Below are positions 58,835 to 64,000 of a DNA stretch of 64,000 nt, piece by piece. The stretch is from contig JAZDGR010000178.1 of assembly GCA_043806735.1 (NCBI GenBank), forward strand, positions 2,634-66,633. Direction: 5' to 3'. Source of the DNA: a bacterium (GTDB lineage: Bacteria; Bacteroidota; Bacteroidia; Bacteroidales; FEN-979). Each line of letters opens with the position of its first letter. The stretch's first letter is position 1. The position numbers and the translations under genes are program-made. The notes beneath the pieces are model-generated. The model saw only the letters and a program-made list of their open reading frames with translations, ran no database searches and was not told the DNA's origin.

Positions 58835-58930
58835 AGAGAGAACAGAGAACAGTGAACAGTGAAAAGTGAATAGTGAATAATGACTGGTGACCGGTAACTG
58901 CCAACTGCCAACTGGTAACTGCTAACTTAC
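58833..58930. repeat. 14-unit heptamer array spanning the whole galM-galK convergent spacer
   Basis: Units are gaagaga gaacaga gaacagt gaacagt gaaaagt gaatagt gaataat gactggt gaccggt aactgcc aactgcc aactggt aactgct aacttac. Both stop codons (58832-34 and 58922-24) lie in or at the array. Confidence 0.92.
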
Positions 58931-60085
58931 TTTTCTGACGCCGTCGGAGACTTCGGCGAGGTAGAAATCGGCTTTCAGGCCGGTTTTCAGGTGATAATTC
59001 CTTCCAACCTGATCCATGAAGTGATCTACTGTTTCATTCTTCACTAGGTTTACTGTACAACCTCCAAATCCAGCTCCGGTCATCCGGGCGCCCAGTACTC
59101 CGTTGATTTTCTGCGCTTCTTCTACGAGCGTATCCAACTCGATTCCTGTCACTTCATAATTCTCTTTCAGCGATTCGTGTGAAGCGTTCATCAACGCGCC
59201 AAACTGCAGGATATCATGGTTCCAAAGGCAGGAGACCGAATTCAGCACACGTTGGTTTTCAGAGAGTACATGGCGGGCTCTGCGGCGAATGACTTCATCG
59301 GGAATCTGATCCTGGATTTTGTAAAACTGCATAAAACTGATCTCTCCCAACTGACTGATATCGAATAATCTGCTAAGATAAGAGACCGCGAGTTGACATT
59401 CGGCCACCCGTTCATTGTATTTGGAATCGGTTAACCCCCGCTGCTTATTGGTATTTGCGATGACCAGGCTGATTCCATCCAGGATCAGGGGCACCATCTT
59501 GTTTTCAAGGGTTCGGCAGTTCAGGAAAATAGCGTGATCCTTTTCCCCCATCCCGACAGCAAACTGATCCATGATCCCGCAGTTTACACCGACAAACTGG
59601 TTCTCCGCTTTTTGCGAAAGTCTGATCAATTCCAGCAGGCTGATTTCCGTCTTCAGAATTGCATTTAAAGCAAAAGCCGTCACCATCTCAATGGATGCCG
59701 AGGAGGATAAACCGGCGCTATTGGGGATGGTTCCCGAGTAGAGCAACTCCATCCCGGGGATACGAATGTTGCGCTGTTTGAATTGATCAAAAATTCCCAA
59801 CGGGTAATTGACCCACTGCTTTTCAACCCTGTTGGAAATATCCGCAACCGGGATCTCTGCCCGGAAATCAAAATTCGTTGAAGCAAGCCGGATAAGGGGC
59901 CCTTCTATCCTCCGGATGATAAGATTAATTCCGAACTGAAGGGCACATGGCAGAACAAAGCCTCCGTTGTAATCGGTATGTTCACCGATCAAGTTTACGC
60001 GACCCGGGGCGAAAAACGGGGCAGGTTGATTTTCAGGTTGTCCGAAGAGCTGGAAATACATCCTGTAAAGTGCATCATGGTTCAT
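58922..60085 (-). CDS. galK: galactokinase
   Basis: GRVNLIGEHTDYNGG and NSAGLSSSAS (GHMP kinase) motifs. Confidence 0.93.
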   Translation of the reverse strand: MNHDALYRMYFQLFGQPENQPAPFFAPGRVNLIGEHTDYNGGFVLPCALQFGINLIIRRIEGPLIRLASTNFDFRAEIPVADISNRVEKQWVNYPLGIFDQFKQRNIRIPGMELLYSGTIPNSAGLSSSASIEMVTAFALNAILKTEISLLELIRLSQKAENQFVGVNCGIMDQFAVGMGEKDHAIFLNCRTLENKMVPLILDGISLVIANTNKQRGLTDSKYNERVAECQLAVSYLSRLFDISQLGEISFMQFYKIQDQIPDEVIRRRARHVLSENQRVLNSVSCLWNHDILQFGALMNASHESLKENYEVTGIELDTLVEEAQKINGVLGARMTGAGFGGCTVNLVKNETVDHFMDQVGRNYHLKTGLKADFYLAEVSDGVRKVS

Positions 60086-60155
60086 ACAAAGAGTTCGATT
60101 TACGGCCGAAGGTAGAAAATTTTTTACTTTTGCACCCGGATTAACCTACATTCTA

Positions 60156-62687
60156 ATGAAAACATATTTCAAGATTTTTCTCTTATTGACTCTTTTTGTA
60201 TTTGGAGCAGCTCCCTCTTTTGCACAGGACGAGGGAATCTTATCCCTGAACGGAACCTGGCAGTTCCGGCAACAAGGATCCACTAAAATCTACAATGCAG
60301 AGGTTCCGGGGCTGGTTCAACTTGTTTTAAAACAAAACCGGGTTATTGCGGATCCCTTTTATGCCACCTATGAAGAGAAGCTGCAATGGATCAGTGACAC
60401 GGGATGGGTTTATGAGAAGTATTTTCAACTCGACCGCGAGTTTTTTGCCAACCGCCATATTGAGCTGGTATGTGAAGGCCTGGACACTTACGCTAATGTG
60501 TATATCAATGATTCCCTGGTGATTACGGCTGATAACATGTTCAAATCATGGGTTGCCAACATCAAGCGGTTTCTTCGAATGGGATATAATAAAATCAAGA
60601 TTGAATTTCCTTCGATTACCAAATTGAACAAGGCTTTCTACCATCAGTTACCTTATAAGCTACCCGGTGATGAAAAGGTGGTTTGCCGCAAAGCGGCTTA
60701 TCAGTTTGGCTGGGATTGGGGACCCCGGTTTGTTACCATGGGGATATGGAAACCGATATATATTCGCTACTGGAAATATGTCAATGTTCTGGGAGTCAAT
60801 TTTATCCAGAAAAGTCTGACCGACTCGGTCGCGAAGATGGTCGCTGCTTTTGTCGTAAACTCAACGCTCTCTGACACAGCCGAATTCAAGCTTCTCTATG
60901 ATACAAGCGTTTTCTTCACGGGGAAAGAGAAACTGAACAAAGGGATCAATGCCATCCGGATTGATTTTGACCTTACCAATCCCAAGAGGTGGAATCCCAA
61001 CGGCATGGGAGCTCCGGTACTTTACAATTTAGGCTATCAGGTATTTTTCGCGGGGTATCTGGAAGGTGAAGGCCATCAGAAAATCGGATTGCGAACCGTT
61101 GAGTTGGTTCAGGAACCCGACTCCATTGGCCGTTCTTTTTATCTGAAGATCAACGGGAAGCCGGTTTTTGTGCGGGGGGCTAACTACATTCCGATGGACA
61201 ATTTTCCAACCCGTGTTACAGACTCTATGTACAATGCATTACTCACTGATGCAGACCTTGCGAACATGAATATGCTCCGGGTATGGGGAGGAGGTATTTA
61301 TGAACACGATACTTTTTATGACTTGTGCGATAAGAAGGGAATTATGGTGTGGCAGGATTTCATGTTTGCCAATGCTATGTATCCCGACTCTCCCGAATTC
61401 CTCAACAGCGTCAGAGATGAAGTAATCCAGAATATCGTCAGGCTGCGCCGGCACCCCTGTATTGTCCTCTGGTGCGGGAACAATGAGATAGACGAAGGCT
61501 GGCATAACTGGGGGTGGGTGAAAGAATACGGGTACAGCAAGGACGATTCTACCCGAATTTACAACAACTACAAGAAGATGTTCCGAGAGGTGATCCCTTA
61601 CGCGGTGATCAAGCATGATACCCTGCGTCCGTATATCTCCACAAGCCCAAAATACGGCTGGGGGAAAACGTCCAGTCTCACGGAAGGGGATATGCACTAC
61701 TGGGGAGTCTGGTGGGGAAAAGAGCCTTTTGAGATGTACAACAAAAAGGTCGGCCGATTCATGTCGGAATATGGATTCCAGGGATTTCCCGATTATACAA
61801 CGATTGAGAAGTTTACCCGTGAGGCTGATCGCCAGTTGGGGTCGATTGTCATGAAAGCCCATCAGAAACATCCTGTCGGATACGAAACGATTGACGAATA
61901 CATGCGGCGGGATTACAAGGTTCCCACAGATTTTAAAATGTACGGGTACGTAAGTCAACTTTTGCAGGCCGACGGTATTAAGACTGCTATCGATGCCCAC
62001 CGCAGAGCCAAGCCGGCTTGCATGGGAACCATGTACTGGCAATTGAACGATTCATGGCCTGTTGTATCCTGGTCTTCTATTGATTACTATGGAAAGAAGA
62101 AGGCCTTGTATTATGCCGTGAAACGCGAGTACAGGGATTTCTTTGTCGAGCCGGTCATGAAGGGTGACCGGTTGAAGGTTTACGCAACCTTTGATGAACC
62201 GGATCCGCAAAAAGCAAATTTCCGGGTGGTCCTTTCTGATTTTAACGGACGGGTTCTCTGGCAGCAGCAAACGGTATACACATTTGCAGCAGACAGAACG
62301 GAAATTGTGGTAGATACAAATCTTTCATCAACCCTGGAAGGAGCTGACAAGTCCTCTCTTTTCGTTTATGCCGAGATTCAAAATATCCTGGGAGTAAGGG
62401 CTACTAACATTTGCTACTTCGTGCCTCCCAAGGATATGAAGCTGGAGAAAGCAGAGATTGAAGTGACCGTGCAGGAGATCAAGGAAGGGTATATGATTGA
62501 CCTTTACACATCAAAACTTGCCAAAGGCGTATATTTGTCAACTCCTGTGAACGGAGAATTCACTGACAACTATTTCGACCTGCTCCCCTTTGAGGCAAAG
62601 AGAATCCAATTCAAGACAACAGAGCGAGTCGATGACTTTGCCAGTAAAATCAACTTAATCACCCTGTTAGACTCATTTACACCATGA
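60156..62687 (+). CDS. GH2 beta-mannosidase with signal peptide
   Basis: WCGNNEI (acid/base) and MSEYGFQ (nucleophile) motifs. 843 aa. Confidence 0.85.
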   Translation: MKTYFKIFLLLTLFVFGAAPSFAQDEGILSLNGTWQFRQQGSTKIYNAEVPGLVQLVLKQNRVIADPFYATYEEKLQWISDTGWVYEKYFQLDREFFANRHIELVCEGLDTYANVYINDSLVITADNMFKSWVANIKRFLRMGYNKIKIEFPSITKLNKAFYHQLPYKLPGDEKVVCRKAAYQFGWDWGPRFVTMGIWKPIYIRYWKYVNVLGVNFIQKSLTDSVAKMVAAFVVNSTLSDTAEFKLLYDTSVFFTGKEKLNKGINAIRIDFDLTNPKRWNPNGMGAPVLYNLGYQVFFAGYLEGEGHQKIGLRTVELVQEPDSIGRSFYLKINGKPVFVRGANYIPMDNFPTRVTDSMYNALLTDADLANMNMLRVWGGGIYEHDTFYDLCDKKGIMVWQDFMFANAMYPDSPEFLNSVRDEVIQNIVRLRRHPCIVLWCGNNEIDEGWHNWGWVKEYGYSKDDSTRIYNNYKKMFREVIPYAVIKHDTLRPYISTSPKYGWGKTSSLTEGDMHYWGVWWGKEPFEMYNKKVGRFMSEYGFQGFPDYTTIEKFTREADRQLGSIVMKAHQKHPVGYETIDEYMRRDYKVPTDFKMYGYVSQLLQADGIKTAIDAHRRAKPACMGTMYWQLNDSWPVVSWSSIDYYGKKKALYYAVKREYRDFFVEPVMKGDRLKVYATFDEPDPQKANFRVVLSDFNGRVLWQQQTVYTFAADRTEIVVDTNLSSTLEGADKSSLFVYAEIQNILGVRATNICYFVPPKDMKLEKAEIEVTVQEIKEGYMIDLYTSKLAKGVYLSTPVNGEFTDNYFDLLPFEAKRIQFKTTERVDDFASKINLITLLDSFTP

Positions 62688-62731
62688 TATCCCGCAGGCA
62701 ATTACCGTTGGCACGCTGATGACGCGGATAA

Positions 62732-62920
62732 AACGCGGGTTTTGGCCCCCTGACCGTCCCGTCAGAACTGAAGCAATAGCCTGTCCAATTGCATCTGCTG
62801 AATCCCCAAGCCTCCAATTTCCGGAATGCAGATGTGGTGCTAACAGCCGACTGCGTGCCCTTTGCCATGGGTAATTTCCACGCCCGTTTCCTGAAAGGGA
62901 AATCGCTGGCTATTCAATAA
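62732..62920 (+). pseudogene. fragment of a 4Fe-4S-type protein (..WPVQLHL..ADCVPFA..FH..FLKGK.. family) with an in-frame TAG
   Basis: My own translation is ..SELKQ*PVQLHLLNPQASNFRNADVVLTADCVPFAMGNFHARFLKGKSLAIQ*. TAG at 62777-62779 sits where relatives (recalled from memory) have Trp. Both N- and C-terminal parts of the family are absent. Confidence 0.5.
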
Positions 62921-63002
62921 AAAATGTTGATATCGCGGAAATCTGTAAAAAAATCAGAAAATCAGACCCAAAATTGTTAATAACCCCTATTTTTGCCAGG
63001 AA

Positions 63003-63813
63003 CATTTCGGACTACAGTACTATAAAAGACAGGGATTTATTCCAGGGGATTTAGAAGGTGAATCGGTTTCCAAGATCCTCGAGTACGCCTGCGACGATTG
63101 GTGCATAGCAGAGCTGACAAAAGCCATGGGTAAAGAGAATGAATAACCAGTGGTTTGCGCCTTTTGATCCCTATGAGGTCAATTTCAATTACACCGAAGC
63201 AAATGCCTGGCAATACAGATTCTATGTTCCTCAGGATATTTCCGGACTGATCAACCTCATGGGTGGAACCAAACAGTTTTCGAAACGACTGGATGACCTC
63301 TTCTCTGCGAGTACCGAAACCACCGGCCGGAATCAGGCAGATATTACGGGACTTATCGGTCATTATGCTCATGGAAATGAACCGAGTCATCATATGGCAT
63401 ACCTTTACAACTATGTGGGACAACCATGGAAAACGCAGGAGCTCGTACATCAAATCATGCAAAATTTTTACACCAACACCCGGGATGGTTTATACGGAAA
63501 CGAAGATTGCGGACAACTATCGGCCTGGTATGTATTCAGCGCCCTGGGCTTTTATCCGGTAACTCCAGGGTCTGATTTTTATGCGATCGGTACACCCTTG
63601 TTCCCCTTTGCCAAGATGGAGCTGGAGAACGGAAAAACTTTCACAATTAAAGCAAACAACCTGCATAGTGAGAATCGCTATATTCAATCCTGCACGCTAA
63701 ACGGAAGAAACCATGAGGCACCAGCCATAAGCCATGAGGAGATCATGACCGGAGGAGAACTTCGTTTCGAAATGGGACCCAAGCCAAATAAGGATTGGGG
63801 AGTCTCGTTGGCA
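63003..63813 (+). pseudogene. GH92 alpha-mannosidase, C-terminal third only, with internal deletion/frameshift
   Basis: ..GFIPGDLEGESVSKILEYACDDWCIAEL..GKENE* runs to the TAA at 63144-46. In the +1 frame it continues ..PFDPYEVNFNYTEANAWQYRFYVPQD..YAHGNEPSHHMAYLY..GNEDCGQLSAWYV..LNGR..GGELRFEMGPKPNKDWG. About 500 N-terminal residues are absent, and no in-frame stop occurs before the window end. Confidence 0.75.
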
Positions 63814-63848
63814 GATACGGGATACGGGATACGAGTAAGATTATCCGG
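63814..63848. repeat. heptamer array gatacgg gatacgg gatacga gtaagat tatccgg
   Basis: It lies exactly where the GH92 homology ends, which is the expected stop region. Confidence 0.8.
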
Positions 63849-64000
63849 CATCCGGGATCTGAAAGCACATTCTTTCTCTATTCCGGACCTTTCACCATTT
63901 ACGAGACCTCGGATCTGCAAGCCTTTGCCCAGAAAGAGGGCGGAGAAGCAAGTTTCCTCATCGAATCCCCGTTCCGGAAGATTCCAAAGAACCGAAAGAT

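Noticed and set aside
28379-63848. I considered whether the heptamer/octamer arrays are CRISPR arrays, REP/BIME elements or MITEs.
   Set aside because: The units are 7-8 bp with no spacers. There is no dyad symmetry or terminal inverted repeat, no cas genes and no target-site duplications.

Overview
This looks like a chromosomal segment of a Bacteroidota-type genome. Supporting signs are T9SS C-terminal sorting domains, rpmG-DUF4295-ftsY-rimO and gyrA-TPR synteny, and lipoprotein signal peptides. About 55 protein genes are supportable. They include housekeeping genes (clpC, gyrA, clpS, rimO, ftsY, rpmG, xerD, aat, ogt) and acyl-CoA/lipid enzymes. There is a TonB-receptor/T9SS surface locus at 16.5-22 kb and a SusC/D-less glycan-processing cluster with an embedded GT39 membrane glycosyltransferase at 33-46 kb. 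A galM-galK-beta-mannosidase group sits at 57.7-62.7 kb. I saw no rRNA, tRNA, CRISPR array, transposase, phage gene or recognisable defence gene. Four signals are not explained by ordinary annotation. (1) A family of 7-bp-periodic degenerate tandem arrays fills short spacers at gene boundaries at 8 loci, plus one 8-bp variant. Several overlap stop codons and put stops in all three frames, others abut start codons, and one lies inside an ORF. (2) Disrupted genes are unusually dense: three in-frame nonsense codons, two single-base frameshifts, and two patches of spliced-looking gene fragments at 52.5-55.1 kb and 62.7-64.0 kb. (3) A compact SDR / EXPERA (TMEM97, sigma-2-receptor-like) / Old-Yellow-Enzyme operon, together with a separate extended-SDR / steroid-5-alpha-reductase pair, suggests sterol- or polyprenoid-type lipid modification. 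(4) A 0.32-kb ORF-free, non-AT-rich segment downstream of clpS could be a structured RNA or a gene relic. All family assignments come from motif recognition by eye, and no database search was run.
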